A DNA stretch of 64,000 nucleotides from an uncultured archaeon (GCA_964632315.1 CAZWEM010000010.1:32001-96000), one strand, 5' to 3'; shown: positions 38,059 to 48,779, counted from the first letter of the stretch. The notes: generated from the letters alone by a model not told the origin. Numbers and translations are program-made.

Positions 38059-38880
38059 ATGAGTGAAGATGAAATTAATGAAGAAGATTTGGATGATACT
38101 GTTGAAGATGAAGAAGAACTTGAAGATGATGAGGAACTTGAAGATGATGATGAATTTGAAGATGAGGAAACAACAAGAGACTTAGTTGTACCAGGAGAAG
38201 TTTTGACTACAGATACAAACAATTTTTTACCAGGTAGGGGAACATTATTAACAAAAGATAGATCAAAAATAATTTCTCTGAATATTGGGTTAAAACAAAC
38301 AAAGAGGAATTATATTAATGTTATTCCACTAAGAGGTTTTTACACAGCTCGTCCTGGAGATAAAGTAATCGCTCTTGTCGTAGACAAAAACCCAGTTAAG
38401 TATCGATGTGATATCAACGCCAAGGAAGATGCAATACTTAAACCTAAAAATACTATCAAACGTGGAAGAATGAAAAGAGGCCATGATCGATATGATTCTG
38501 GGACTGAAAGGTATGAGGTAGGAGATATATTGATTGCTAAAGTATTATCAGCAGATCGATTAAATTCACCTGAATTAACTACAGTAGGTAAATATTTAGG
38601 CAAAAAAAATAATGGAATTGTAATATCTATCGATCCTCCTAAAATTCCTAGAGTAATCGGTCGTAATGGTTCCATGATAAAGATTTTGAAAAATCTTACT
38701 AAAACCAATATTTTTGTGACTCAAAATGGTAGGATATGGTTAAAAGGGGAGGATATAGCTCACGAAAGGTTATTAATTGATGCAATTCAAAAAATTGAAC
38801 GAGAAGCTCACACAGTTGGATTAACTGATAGAATGTCTGAATATATTGAAAATGAAAAAATTAAAAGAGGATTAAAATAA
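38059..38880 (+). CDS. rrp4: Exosome RNA-binding subunit Rrp4 with acidic N-terminal tail
   Basis: LVVPGE, S1 domain, KH motif KIPRVIGRNGSMI, QNGRIW, EAHTVGLTDR. Confidence 0.95.
   Translation: MSEDEINEEDLDDTVEDEEELEDDEELEDDDEFEDEETTRDLVVPGEVLTTDTNNFLPGRGTLLTKDRSKIISLNIGLKQTKRNYINVIPLRGFYTARPGDKVIALVVDKNPVKYRCDINAKEDAILKPKNTIKRGRMKRGHDRYDSGTERYEVGDILIAKVLSADRLNSPELTTVGKYLGKKNNGIVISIDPPKIPRVIGRNGSMIKILKNLTKTNIFVTQNGRIWLKGEDIAHERLLIDAIQKIEREAHTVGLTDRMSEYIENEKIKRGLK
38102..38168 (+). repeat. Imperfect 18-bp tandem repeat encoding (L/F)EDDEE
   Basis: About 3.5 copies of TTGAAGATGAxGAxGAAx in the 5' part of rrp4. Confidence 0.75.
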
Positions 38881-39642
38881 ATGCCGTTAGTAATAAAAGA
38901 TGAATACCCAGAAAAGCTGTTTAGAGATGATGGTAAACGGCTTGATGGGCGAGATAAAGAAGAACTTCGACCAATTAAAATACAAGTTGGCGTTGTAGAA
39001 AATGCTGATGGATCTGCTTATTTAGAATGGGGAAATAATAAAATTTATGCAGCTGTCTATGGTCCAAGAGAGGTTCATCCACATCACCTTGCTAAACCTG
39101 ACAGAGGAATACTTAGAGTATTTTATAGAATGGCTACTTTCTCAGTTTTTGATAGAAAACGGCCTGCACCTGGACGAAGAGAAAAAGAAATTTCGATGAT
39201 AATATCAGATTGTTTAGAACCAGTGCTTTTTCTCGAATTGTATCCTGGAACTTCCTTTGAAATATTCATTGAGGTAATGGATGCTGATGGAGGTACTAGA
39301 TGCGCGAGTACTACAGTCGCTGCCTTAGCTTTAGCGGATGCAGGTATCCCTATGAGAAGTTTGGTGACCGCTGTTGCTGTTGGAAAAATTGATGGCCAAA
39401 TAGTCACTGATCTTTCAGGAATTGAAGATAAAGCTGGAGAAGCGGATTTACCTTGCGCCATAACTTGGTTTAATGAAGAATTGTCATTATTGCAATTTGA
39501 TGGTGAAATGAAAATAGAGAATTTAAATGAGTATCTATCTTTAGCCAAAGATGCTTTAGACAAGATCTACGACCTTCAGGTAGAAGCATTAAAGAAGAAA
39601 TACATTGAAATTCAAGAAGAAATAAGTGGGGGCAGCGAATAA
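38881..39642 (+). CDS. rrp41: Exosome catalytic subunit Rrp41
   Basis: RLDGR..ELRPI, ADGSAYLEWG, YGPRE, ADGGTR. Confidence 0.97.
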   Translation: MPLVIKDEYPEKLFRDDGKRLDGRDKEELRPIKIQVGVVENADGSAYLEWGNNKIYAAVYGPREVHPHHLAKPDRGILRVFYRMATFSVFDRKRPAPGRREKEISMIISDCLEPVLFLELYPGTSFEIFIEVMDADGGTRCASTTVAALALADAGIPMRSLVTAVAVGKIDGQIVTDLSGIEDKAGEADLPCAITWFNEELSLLQFDGEMKIENLNEYLSLAKDALDKIYDLQVEALKKKYIEIQEEISGGSE

Positions 39643-39643
39643 A

Positions 39644-40468
39644 ATGATGAACATTAAAAGAGTTATCTCTGCAATTGAAAAAAATTACATCATAAATAAT
39701 TTGAAAAAAGGAGAAAGAATTGATGAGAGAGGATTATGGGAATATCGTGATTTTAAAATTAAACACGATATAATCGCTTCTGCTGAAGGTTCTGCAGATG
39801 TATCCTTAGGAAAGACCAGAATAGTTACTGGTTTGAAATATGAGGTGGGTGAACCTTTCCCAGACATGCCAGACGAAGGTGTGTGTACTATTATGGCAGA
39901 ATTACTGCCCGTTGCATCTCCGCTTTTCGAAAGAGGTCCTCCAGATGAACAATCTATTGAGTTAGCGAGGGTAGTCGATCGAGGTATTAGACACGCTGAT
40001 TGTGTTCAAACTAAAAAATTATGTATCAAAGAAAAAGAATTAGTTTACATTTTGTTTGTAGATATGTATGTATTAAATTATGCTGGCAATTTGATTGATG
40101 CGGGAGGAGTGAGTTCTTTAATTTCACTTATTTCCAGTCACATCCCAGAAGGAAAAATTGAAGATGGAGAACTGGTTTGGACGGGAAAATATTTAACAGG
40201 AGATATGATCATAAAGGAGTTACCCTTAGTTTTAACCTTTGGAAAAATAGATGATATTATTTTTTTAGATCCGAATTTAGCTGAAGAATTAATTTCTGAT
40301 GGTAAAATTTCAATATCCGTTACTGAAGATAGTATTACCTCTATCCAGAAAAGTGGAATAGCAACTTTTTCTATTGATGAAATAGAAATGTTATGCCAGA
40401 AAGCAATGGATATTGGAAAAGAATTGCGAAAGAAATTCGATCTTTGGCAATATAAAGTAAATTATTAA
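39644..40468 (+). CDS. rrp42: Exosome subunit Rrp42
   Basis: RIDER, AEGSA, GEPFPD, GPPDEQSIELARVVDRGIR, GNLIDA. Confidence 0.96.
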   Translation: MMNIKRVISAIEKNYIINNLKKGERIDERGLWEYRDFKIKHDIIASAEGSADVSLGKTRIVTGLKYEVGEPFPDMPDEGVCTIMAELLPVASPLFERGPPDEQSIELARVVDRGIRHADCVQTKKLCIKEKELVYILFVDMYVLNYAGNLIDAGGVSSLISLISSHIPEGKIEDGELVWTGKYLTGDMIIKELPLVLTFGKIDDIIFLDPNLAEELISDGKISISVTEDSITSIQKSGIATFSIDEIEMLCQKAMDIGKELRKKFDLWQYKVNY

Positions 40469-40495
40469 CCATTTTTTTATTTGACTTTTTATTTT

Positions 40496-41467
40496 TTATT
40501 TTGATTTCCTTAAAGTTTCAAAAGTTCCATAACCATCTTTAATCCCATCAAACTCAAAACTTCCAAAGGATTGCACTAAGATTGAACGATTACCCAATTC
40601 ATCTTTAAAGGGAAGGGGAATGATTGGACCAACTTTTCCCTTTAAAAAATGAGTTTCACCATAATAATCTAAAATTTCTATTTCTGAACTAATAGGGAAA
40701 ATTCCATCAGATTCATTTTTTTCCTCTAATAGTTTTATTTGACGAACTGGAATGTTTGATCCATTTTTGTAAATAAAGCCTCCACTAGATATCTTCCCAT
40801 TTTTAGTTATTATTGCTGCTGGGTTTAAAGCGAGGTTTTTATTAAACCAAATGACACAGTATATCCAATTACCGACACCTGTCCAGTCTCTAACTCCATA
40901 TGTATGATCACGCTGACTCATCACATTATTGATGGAAATTATATCTTCTCCGATTTTGATACATCCCTCAACCAGCCCAATTTGCTCCCAGTGTTTATCT
41001 CCCGATTTTTTTCCTATTTCTAAAGATTCTGGGGTCATAAATTTACTGTATTCATAAACTTTATTAATCGGTTTATAGGAAAGATTTAAATCTACTTTTT
41101 CAAGTTTAGTAATTAATTTAGGATTCTCATTCACTTGCGGTAAATCTCTTGAATTTTTAACGAATATCATCTTCCCATTGAAGTTATAATCCCAGGTTCC
41201 ATTTTCTTTCCATAGATGTTTCATTTTTTTTACTTCAATATGATCATTAAATTCATTTATTTTAATTGTACGATAAAAGCCTGCTACGGATTTATCGGGG
41301 AAGTATAAAAAGAAAAAAGTCATCCCTTCTTTTTTATTTGGTTTAAATCCTATTCGAGACATTCCTCCGATTTGTTGAATCTTGTCATAAAAAACAAAGT
41401 AATAACTCTCATTCCAATCTGGGTGATTAGTAATTTTTTCTGTATGTATTATTTTTTCCATAATCAT
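40496..41467 (-). CDS. Hypothetical beta-rich protein (WNESYYF...HWEQ...RDHTYGVRDW family)
   Basis: Motifs reminiscent of lipocalin/tocopherol-cyclase/AttH-like proteins; translationally coupled to upstream PEP-utilising gene. Confidence 0.55.
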   Translation of the reverse strand: MIMEKIIHTEKITNHPDWNESYYFVFYDKIQQIGGMSRIGFKPNKKEGMTFFFLYFPDKSVAGFYRTIKINEFNDHIEVKKMKHLWKENGTWDYNFNGKMIFVKNSRDLPQVNENPKLITKLEKVDLNLSYKPINKVYEYSKFMTPESLEIGKKSGDKHWEQIGLVEGCIKIGEDIISINNVMSQRDHTYGVRDWTGVGNWIYCVIWFNKNLALNPAAIITKNGKISSGGFIYKNGSNIPVRQIKLLEEKNESDGIFPISSEIEILDYYGETHFLKGKVGPIIPLPFKDELGNRSILVQSFGSFEFDGIKDGYGTFETLRKSK

Positions 41468-44154
41468 TCCTTTTTTATTTTGATAATACCATTATAACCA
41501 TTTAATGTTACAATTTGATTGTTACGAAATATCTTGGTAGCATTTTGTATATTAGTAACTGCTGGGATACCATACTCTCGAGAAATAACCGCACCATGAG
41601 ACAATATACCTCCTGTTTCTGTTATTAGACCTCCAATTTTGGAAAAAATAGGAGTCCAACCAGGATCAGTTCGAGGAACGATGAGAATCTCTCCTGATTG
41701 AACCGTTGAAATTTGGGAGATATTATTAATAATGTGAATCGGTCCTGTTATCATACCATAACTAGCGGGAATCCCCTCATAAATATTACAATCCTCATCA
41801 TATAATTCAATATCATCAAATTCCTTAGAACCAAGAAGAAATTTTGGAGGGAGGACATTTTCATATTTCTTAAAAATCTCAAGTCTTTTCTTAACTTTCT
41901 TTTTTAATTCAATAGACTTAAAGTTATTTTCTAAAAAGGAGTTAATTTCATTTTTAAATAGGAAAAAAATATTTAGTTTATCTGTTAAAATATTAGCATC
42001 CACTAGCAATTGACCAATTTTAAGATATAACATCCTTATGCGAGATATCCAAGAATCGAGGTTAAATCTCTGATTTTCTCTGAAAACGATGTATTTCCGA
42101 CTATTCTTTAAAATTCGTGAAAAAAGTATCCATTTTAAAAATCCCAAATGTTCACTTTTGATTTTTGATTCCACAAGTTTTTCGATTTGTTCCCTCTTTT
42201 TATTTTGCTTTTCTTTGAAGTTCCCACTTTGACCAATATTATTTTCAAAAATTAAAGATTTAATAACATCAAAAACTAAGCTTGGATCTTCGCACCATCT
42301 AGGATAATAAGGTTCACGTGTAAAACCTCTATCACCATAATTATTTAGAAATTTATTAAATTCATATAGAAATATTTTTGTACCTTGATTATGGTCTTGG
42401 CTGATTTTACTATATAGCAATTTTGAGTCTTCCTTGATAACAATATCTCTCAAACTTTTTGATTGGTTAATTAGAAATGCCAATTGATGGATTTGATTAT
42501 TTGTTTCTGTTAATTTATGTTTTAATCCCGAAATCAGAAATGGATAATATTCTAATGCAAGCTTCTGTCCTAAGAAACGATTTAAAAGATATTGTGTTAA
42601 CAAATTCATTCCAATATTGTGAATTGGAATCCCATATCTCACTAAACGAAAATGTGGTATCATTATTTCATCCAATTCTTCAGATAATTTAATTAAGGAT
42701 CTTTTATCATAATTTTCTTTTAAATTCCCTAATTTCTCATCAAATTCCTTACAAAAAGGTTTAAATTCCTTCTCGGTCCATTTTTCGTAGGTATCTGCTG
42801 TTCTTGACATTGCACCATCCGGATCATTGAATTTTATCCGGATCTGAGCAAATAAATAACTTTTTAGATGGAAAGTGAGGTCCTTTATTGTATTCTTTCC
42901 ATATGACCCAAACCCATTAGGAAAATAATTCAACACATCTCTATTTCGCATAAAAGGCGGAATTTCGTATTCAACCTTTTTCTTCAATACATTTAAGTTA
43001 AAGTAGACATGTCCTTTGAATAGTTTTAAAAGTTGATTGTCTATTTCTTTATATCCCATAATACTATTTAATTCCATATTTACAACTTTAGTTAGATGTG
43101 TTCCTAGCAATTCAAAAAAAAGAGGTGTGGTATTATCATTCCAGTAATCATCAGAATAACCTCGACTCCACAGAATTTGATTATTCTCTGATATTTTATC
43201 AACTGTGGTAATAGGACGACTTTGAAGAATATGAATTATATTTTCGTCATCAATACTCCATTCTATATCTTGCGGTAAGTTTTGAAAAATCTTTTCTATT
43301 TTAAATCCTTGATAAGCTAATTGATAAAGTTGTTTTTCTGATAAAGAGCTTTTCCTATTTTGATTTCCTGTTAAAATTATATGCTCAATTCCCAAATCTT
43401 TTTTGGGTTGAGTTAAGAGTAACTTATTCCCTATTCTTTTAGTATTAATCTTAAATTTATTCTCTTTCTCTCTTTGAAGAACATATTCATCTGGAGTAGA
43501 GATACCAGAAACGGTTGATTCTCCCAAACCAAAATTGGATTCAATTATAAATTCATTTTTATTTATGTCTAGTGGATTGCAAGTAAATAATACTCCTGAA
43601 ACCTTAGCATTAATCATTTTCTGGATTATAACAGCTAGCTCGACATCTTGATCGCTTAATTTGTTGTTCCTTCTATATATTAAGGCACGACTGTTCCAAA
43701 CTGATGCATAACATTTCTTTATATGATTAAGAACTTCTTCTAATCCATATACATTCAAAAATGTGTCATATTGTCCTGCAAATGAGGCCTTAGTGAGATC
43801 TTCTAAAAATCCAGAAGATCTAATTGCTACAGGATTCGATTCAAATAAATGTGAATAGGAGCGTAATTGATCTATTATCTCTTCTGGTATGCTACTTTTT
43901 TCAACCTTATCTCTAATTTTTTTTGAAGATTCTTCGAGCAAGCTCTCATCCTCGTAATTCAATTCGATATTGGAGATAATTTTAGGAATTTCATTTCTTT
44001 CCATAAACAGTTTATATGCATTAGATTTCAAAACGATACCAGCAGGGACGTTTACGTCATTTTGAATTAGTATATTCAAATTTGCAGCTTTATTACCTAC
44101 TTCATTTGCTTTTATATTATTTAAGTCAGTTAAATCTAAAATAAAGGTGTTCAT
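41464..44154 (-). CDS. PEP-utilising phosphotransferase (PPDK-N ATP-grasp, central domain, C-terminal His swivel domain; rifampin phosphotransferase-like architecture)
   Basis: VGNKAANL, AIRSS..ED...SFAGQYDT, QDIEW, LQSRPIT, TDPGWTP, GGILSHGAVISREYGIPAV. Confidence 0.88.
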   Translation of the reverse strand: MNTFILDLTDLNNIKANEVGNKAANLNILIQNDVNVPAGIVLKSNAYKLFMERNEIPKIISNIELNYEDESLLEESSKKIRDKVEKSSIPEEIIDQLRSYSHLFESNPVAIRSSGFLEDLTKASFAGQYDTFLNVYGLEEVLNHIKKCYASVWNSRALIYRRNNKLSDQDVELAVIIQKMINAKVSGVLFTCNPLDINKNEFIIESNFGLGESTVSGISTPDEYVLQREKENKFKINTKRIGNKLLLTQPKKDLGIEHIILTGNQNRKSSLSEKQLYQLAYQGFKIEKIFQNLPQDIEWSIDDENIIHILQSRPITTVDKISENNQILWSRGYSDDYWNDNTTPLFFELLGTHLTKVVNMELNSIMGYKEIDNQLLKLFKGHVYFNLNVLKKKVEYEIPPFMRNRDVLNYFPNGFGSYGKNTIKDLTFHLKSYLFAQIRIKFNDPDGAMSRTADTYEKWTEKEFKPFCKEFDEKLGNLKENYDKRSLIKLSEELDEIMIPHFRLVRYGIPIHNIGMNLLTQYLLNRFLGQKLALEYYPFLISGLKHKLTETNNQIHQLAFLINQSKSLRDIVIKEDSKLLYSKISQDHNQGTKIFLYEFNKFLNNYGDRGFTREPYYPRWCEDPSLVFDVIKSLIFENNIGQSGNFKEKQNKKREQIEKLVESKIKSEHLGFLKWILFSRILKNSRKYIVFRENQRFNLDSWISRIRMLYLKIGQLLVDANILTDKLNIFFLFKNEINSFLENNFKSIELKKKVKKRLEIFKKYENVLPPKFLLGSKEFDDIELYDEDCNIYEGIPASYGMITGPIHIINNISQISTVQSGEILIVPRTDPGWTPIFSKIGGLITETGGILSHGAVISREYGIPAVTNIQNATKIFRNNQIVTLNGYNGIIKIKKE

Positions 44155-44301
44155 TTGTTTAAATCTATTCTTAATTTAAGTTATTAGATATACCTTGTAA
44201 TTGAGATTTAAATAATTTAACCACAATCGAAAAATTAATTTGTAAGTAATTATTATTGAATTTGATTAAGAAAAAAATAGCTAATCAAGTGGATAAAACA
44301 T

Positions 44302-44595
44302 ATGGCTCGTATGAAAAAGAGTGGAATAAGTGCACGTTTTGGACCAAGATATGGAGCTAACGTGAGAAAAAAATGGCGTTTAGTGATGCAACAACAAAAA
44401 AGTGGTAACATTAAATGCCCAAAATGCCAAACTAAAGGTTCTATCAAGAGAATTTCAAGTGGTGTTTGGTATTGCCGAAAATGTGAAGCTAAGTTTACTG
44501 GTGGTGCTTACTTTATCCAAACTCCTCGTGGAGCGGAATCTTTCAGAATAACAAAACAGAAACAGCGAGAATTAGAAGTACTGGAAGAAAAATGA
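44302..44595 (+). CDS. rpl37ae: 50S ribosomal protein L37ae (eL43)
   Basis: RFGPRYG, CPKC, GVWYCRKC..KFTGGAY. Confidence 0.97.
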   Translation: MARMKKSGISARFGPRYGANVRKKWRLVMQQQKSGNIKCPKCQTKGSIKRISSGVWYCRKCEAKFTGGAYFIQTPRGAESFRITKQKQRELEVLEEK

Positions 44596-44861
44596 ATCAA
44601 ACAGCCTCTTTTTTTATTAAATCAAAAATAGAATTAGCATTTTCTAAACCTGAATTGTCAAAATTTGCTTATAATTCATTTTTACCAGAATTAAACTCTA
44701 AAAGGAGTAATCGATCCGTTATTAATGTCAAATTGAGTAATAAATCATTATTATTTTATGTCAAGAGTCGTGACATCACGGCATATAGGGCATCTATGAA
44801 TGAGATTATTAATTTGGGGAAGATTATTGAGGATACTATAGAAATATATGACTCAATTTAA
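44592..44861 (+). CDS. pcc1: KEOPS subunit Pcc1
   Basis: PE...RS...SRDITAYRASMN; conserved position after rpl37ae. Confidence 0.85.
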   Translation: MNQTASFFIKSKIELAFSKPELSKFAYNSFLPELNSKRSNRSVINVKLSNKSLLFYVKSRDITAYRASMNEIINLGKIIEDTIEIYDSI

Positions 44862-44914
44862 ATTAGAAAATTTCTTATTTTAAAATTCATTCTATTCTTT
44901 AAAAAAATAATTGA

Positions 44915-45283
44915 GTGCAAAATAACATGACAATAAATTTTGATCAATTAGATGATGCTACCAAGAAAAAGATCCAAGATCTCAATACACTAAGTCAAAA
45001 TCTTGAGTTTTTAACACAACAGCGTATCCAAATCGATAACTCAATGAGAGAAGCGGATTTAGCAATTGAAGAACTTGAAAAAACAACCGAAGATACTCTA
45101 GTTTATAAAAGTATAGGAGGAATTATGGTGAAAAGTGAAAGAAATCGCCTTCTTGATGAAAAAAAATCTCTAAAGAAAACATTAGAGATGAGATCTAAAA
45201 CCATTATTCAAAAGATCGAACGTACCAAAACCAGCATTGAAACGATGCAAAAATCACTTCAAAATGATCTCCAACTTACATAA
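44915..45283 (+). CDS. pfdB: Prefoldin beta subunit
   Basis: Coiled coils flanking VYKSIGGIMVK hairpin. Confidence 0.92.
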   Translation: MQNNMTINFDQLDDATKKKIQDLNTLSQNLEFLTQQRIQIDNSMREADLAIEELEKTTEDTLVYKSIGGIMVKSERNRLLDEKKSLKKTLEMRSKTIIQKIERTKTSIETMQKSLQNDLQLT

Positions 45284-45306
45284 CCTAATAAAATTCGAAT
45301 TAATTC

Positions 45307-46302
45307 ATGCTTAGCTCTAAATTTGAAAAGATTCTAGACTTTATAAATAATAAAAAAACTCTAGTTTTAACCCATAATTTATTAGATATTGATGCGTTAG
45401 CTTCTATTATCAGTTTTAAGTACTTGATAACAAAGTTAGAGCTTAATGGATTTTATTTTCATTTATCTTCTTTAACCAAATCAACAAAAGACTTTTTTTC
45501 CCTCTTTACTGATAAGTTCGGTGATTTTAATGTTCAAGATAGGATTATTGACTTGAAAGAAATTGAAGTATTTATTATCTTGGATACAAATAATTTAGAC
45601 CAAGTCGAAGTGCCTAGCATCGAAAATAAAAGTCTTATTAATAAGTCCATTATTTTTATTGATCATCATTCTTTTCCTATTTTGAAAAATGAAAGTCAGA
45701 ATAAATTAAACATTATTGAGGATAAATATAACTCTACTTCAGAAATAATATTTGAATTATTTAAACACTATAACTTTAAAATTCCAATACCTTACATTTA
45801 TCTTATAGCTGCAGGAATAATTAGTGATACCGGTTTTTTCAAACACGCCAATACGCGAGTTTTTCGAGGATTAGCAAGCCTTCTCGAGAATAAGGTAAAT
45901 TATCAAGAGATTGTAGGCTTGTTAGATCATAAGAAAGACTTATCAGAAAAAATTGCGCAAATAAAGGGAGCTCAAAGGATAAAGCTATACCGAATGCGAG
46001 ACATTTTAGTTGGCGTTAGTCATGTGAGTAACTTTAGGGCTAAAGTCGCCACAAATTTATTAAAATTGGGTCTTGATATAAGCATTGTCTATTCTAAATT
46101 AAAAAAAGGCAATTTTATAACTGCAAGAGCGAAAAAACATATTTGTTTAGAGACTGGGCTACATCTAGGAAAATTATTGGAAATCATTAGTGATGGAAGA
46201 GGTGGAGGTCATGATGGAGCCGCTAGTGTGTTCTTTGATGAAGGTATAGATGAGAAACTTGAAGATTTACTAAAATTGATCCAAGAAATTTTAATTAGAT
46301 GA
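45307..46302 (+). CDS. DHH family phosphoesterase
   Basis: H..DIDAL, LDT, IDHH, GIISDTG, GGGHDGAA. Confidence 0.92.
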   Translation: MLSSKFEKILDFINNKKTLVLTHNLLDIDALASIISFKYLITKLELNGFYFHLSSLTKSTKDFFSLFTDKFGDFNVQDRIIDLKEIEVFIILDTNNLDQVEVPSIENKSLINKSIIFIDHHSFPILKNESQNKLNIIEDKYNSTSEIIFELFKHYNFKIPIPYIYLIAAGIISDTGFFKHANTRVFRGLASLLENKVNYQEIVGLLDHKKDLSEKIAQIKGAQRIKLYRMRDILVGVSHVSNFRAKVATNLLKLGLDISIVYSKLKKGNFITARAKKHICLETGLHLGKLLEIISDGRGGGHDGAASVFFDEGIDEKLEDLLKLIQEILIR

Positions 46303-47171
46303 ATTCAATAATTAAACAAGTAATTAGTATGTGCCTAATTAAATTTCATAACTTTTCTTTTAGATACAAAGGAAATGAAGATTATGCTTTAAAGGATATT
46401 AATTTAAAAATTGAATCAAATAAATTCATCTTATTGGCTGGAGAAACCGGATCTGGGAAAACTACTTTCATCAGGTGCTTAAATGGACTAATTCCTCAAT
46501 TTTATCCCGGTTTTTACAAAGGATATGTAGAAGTAGGAAAAAAAAATACTGAATCAACGCAAATTTCTAATCTTTCGACAGAGGTTGGAATTGTATTTCA
46601 AAATCCAGAAAATCAATTAATTGCGATGAATGTTGAACATGAAATTGCCTTTGGGCTAGAAAATCTGGGTGTTCATCCCGATATCATTAAAAGTAGAATA
46701 GATCAAGTTGTGAGATTAACAGAAATTGAAGATTTATTGGATAAGGCGCCCTATGAATTAAGTGGCGGAGAACAACAAAGGGTAGCAATTGCATCAATTT
46801 TAGTATTAGAGCCAAGAATTATCATCTTGGATGAACCTACCGCCAGTTTAGATCCATTATATGCTTGCAAAATTTTGACTTTACTTAAAAAAATTCAGAA
46901 AGAAAGAAAAATTTCAATAATTATAAGTGAACATAGATTAGATTTAGTTCTTCCCTTTGTAGATCAGATTATCCTTATTAAAGATGGAACAATTGGTTCT
47001 CAAGGTTATAGAGACGAAGTAATACATAGTAAAACATTCAAGAATTTGAATGTTAATAAACCTTTTATTTATTCATTTTTCAATAAATTGAACTTAAACA
47101 ATATTAACACACCTGTTACCATCGACCAAGCATTAATGATATTTCAACATCTAAGGAGTGACGATAAATGA
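46299..47171 (+). CDS. ecfA1: ECF transporter ATPase EcfA1
   Basis: GETGSGKTT, FQNPENQ, LSGGEQQR, LDEPT. Confidence 0.92.
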   Translation: MNSIIKQVISMCLIKFHNFSFRYKGNEDYALKDINLKIESNKFILLAGETGSGKTTFIRCLNGLIPQFYPGFYKGYVEVGKKNTESTQISNLSTEVGIVFQNPENQLIAMNVEHEIAFGLENLGVHPDIIKSRIDQVVRLTEIEDLLDKAPYELSGGEQQRVAIASILVLEPRIIILDEPTASLDPLYACKILTLLKKIQKERKISIIISEHRLDLVLPFVDQIILIKDGTIGSQGYRDEVIHSKTFKNLNVNKPFIYSFFNKLNLNNINTPVTIDQALMIFQHLRSDDK

Positions 47172-48001
47172 TTCGTTTAAAAGATATAAACTATCGATAT
47201 CCAGATGGGACCATAGCATTAAGAAATATTAATTTGCGAATTAGAAAGGGGGAATGTTTAGCTATTATGGGGCAAAATGGTGCAGGAAAAACCACATTAA
47301 TTAGATTGTTAAATGGATTATTACGGCCCTCTTCTGGAGTTGTCTATTTTGATCAACAAGACATAAGCAATCAAACCATCGCATCCATGTCAACAAGGGT
47401 TGGTATTATATTTCAAAATCCTATGCATCAACTTTTTTCTAACACAGTAGAAGATGAAATTAGATTTTCATTGAAGAGTATGAATCTCACTAAAAGTGAA
47501 ATTGAAGAAAATGTCCTGAATACCCTGGTAAAATATGATTTTGAGAGATATAAGAATCGCTCCCCAATCAACTTATCTGGAGGAGAAGCCAAGAAGTTAG
47601 CAATTGCTTCAATAATGTGTAGGGATCCAGAAGTGCTAGTATTTGATGAACCTACCCTTGGACAGGATGCCAAGGAAATAAATTTATTTATTGAGATGCT
47701 CAAAAGTGAAAAAAGGAAAAAAAAAACTATTATAGTAGTTACTCACAATATAGAATTTGCATTTCAATACATCCCTCGAATTATTCTGATGAAACAGGGA
47801 AGAATTTTAGCTGATGGTCCTAGTTCCAAATTATTAACAAACGAATTTCTCGTAAAAAATGCATCTTTAATTTATCCTCAAATTTATAGTTTCAAATTAG
47901 GATTAAAAAAAATTGGAATAAATGTACCAGATGAGATTGTCAAAGATTTTGAATTAATTGAATTTTTATCGTCATATATTAAAAATCAAATTGAGTCTTA
48001 G
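47168..48001 (+). CDS. ecfA2: ECF transporter ATPase EcfA2
   Basis: GQNGAGKTT, FQNP, LSGGE, FDEPTLGQD. Confidence 0.92.
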   Translation: MIRLKDINYRYPDGTIALRNINLRIRKGECLAIMGQNGAGKTTLIRLLNGLLRPSSGVVYFDQQDISNQTIASMSTRVGIIFQNPMHQLFSNTVEDEIRFSLKSMNLTKSEIEENVLNTLVKYDFERYKNRSPINLSGGEAKKLAIASIMCRDPEVLVFDEPTLGQDAKEINLFIEMLKSEKRKKKTIIVVTHNIEFAFQYIPRIILMKQGRILADGPSSKLLTNEFLVKNASLIYPQIYSFKLGLKKIGINVPDEIVKDFELIEFLSSYIKNQIES

Positions 48002-48011
48002 AGGTTTTAAT

Positions 48012-48779
48012 ATGTCGCTTCAATTTTTAAATGCATTTAAGTTCCTTAAAAAGGACACAATTGTGCATAATCTAGACCCCCGTTCTAAATTAATATTCGC
48101 AATAATCTATACTATTAGTGCTTTATTATTTGTTGAAGTAATTCCCCTACTAATCATATTATTCACTTTAATTCCAATTATAATAATTGGAAGAATGTTT
48201 CGCATGTGGTTTAGAAGTATAACTGGAATGTCATTTTTATTTCTTTTAATTATAATATTGAACACATTGTTTATTTCTTTTAATTTCGGAATAGCAATGG
48301 TCCTTAGGATTTTAATTATGATTTCAGCGTTTTCTATATTTTTTTTAACTGTTGATCCAAACGACTTAGCTTTATCACTTATTTCAATGAAAGTCCCCTA
48401 TGAATTTGCTTTTTCGTTTTCATTAGCATTTAGATTCGTTCCAACTATCTCAAGAGAAGCTCAGAATATCATTGATGCTCAACAAAGCAGAGGATATGAG
48501 TTACAGCAAAAAGGAATTATTAATCAGATAAAAAACTTATTTCCTTTACTAGTACCTTTGATAATTAGTTCAATTAAAAGGGCTTTTAATGTGGCAGAAG
48601 CATTAGAATCAAGAGCTTTTGGAAGCAATAATGAAAGGACTTATTATTACTCAATTAAATTTAGATCAAGAGATTGGATTTTCACTTCAATTTTAGTAAT
48701 ATTTTTAGTGATTTTTATAATTATAAGGTTAAATCTCAATTTTTTACCATCTTGGTTATTATGGAGTTTCCCTTTATGA
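48012..48779 (+). CDS. ecfT: ECF transporter transmembrane component T
   Basis: HNLDPRSKL, RFVPT, AQQSRG, ALESRAF. Confidence 0.93.
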   Translation: MSLQFLNAFKFLKKDTIVHNLDPRSKLIFAIIYTISALLFVEVIPLLIILFTLIPIIIIGRMFRMWFRSITGMSFLFLLIIILNTLFISFNFGIAMVLRILIMISAFSIFFLTVDPNDLALSLISMKVPYEFAFSFSLAFRFVPTISREAQNIIDAQQSRGYELQQKGIINQIKNLFPLLVPLIISSIKRAFNVAEALESRAFGSNNERTYYYSIKFRSRDWIFTSILVIFLVIFIIIRLNLNFLPSWLLWSFPL

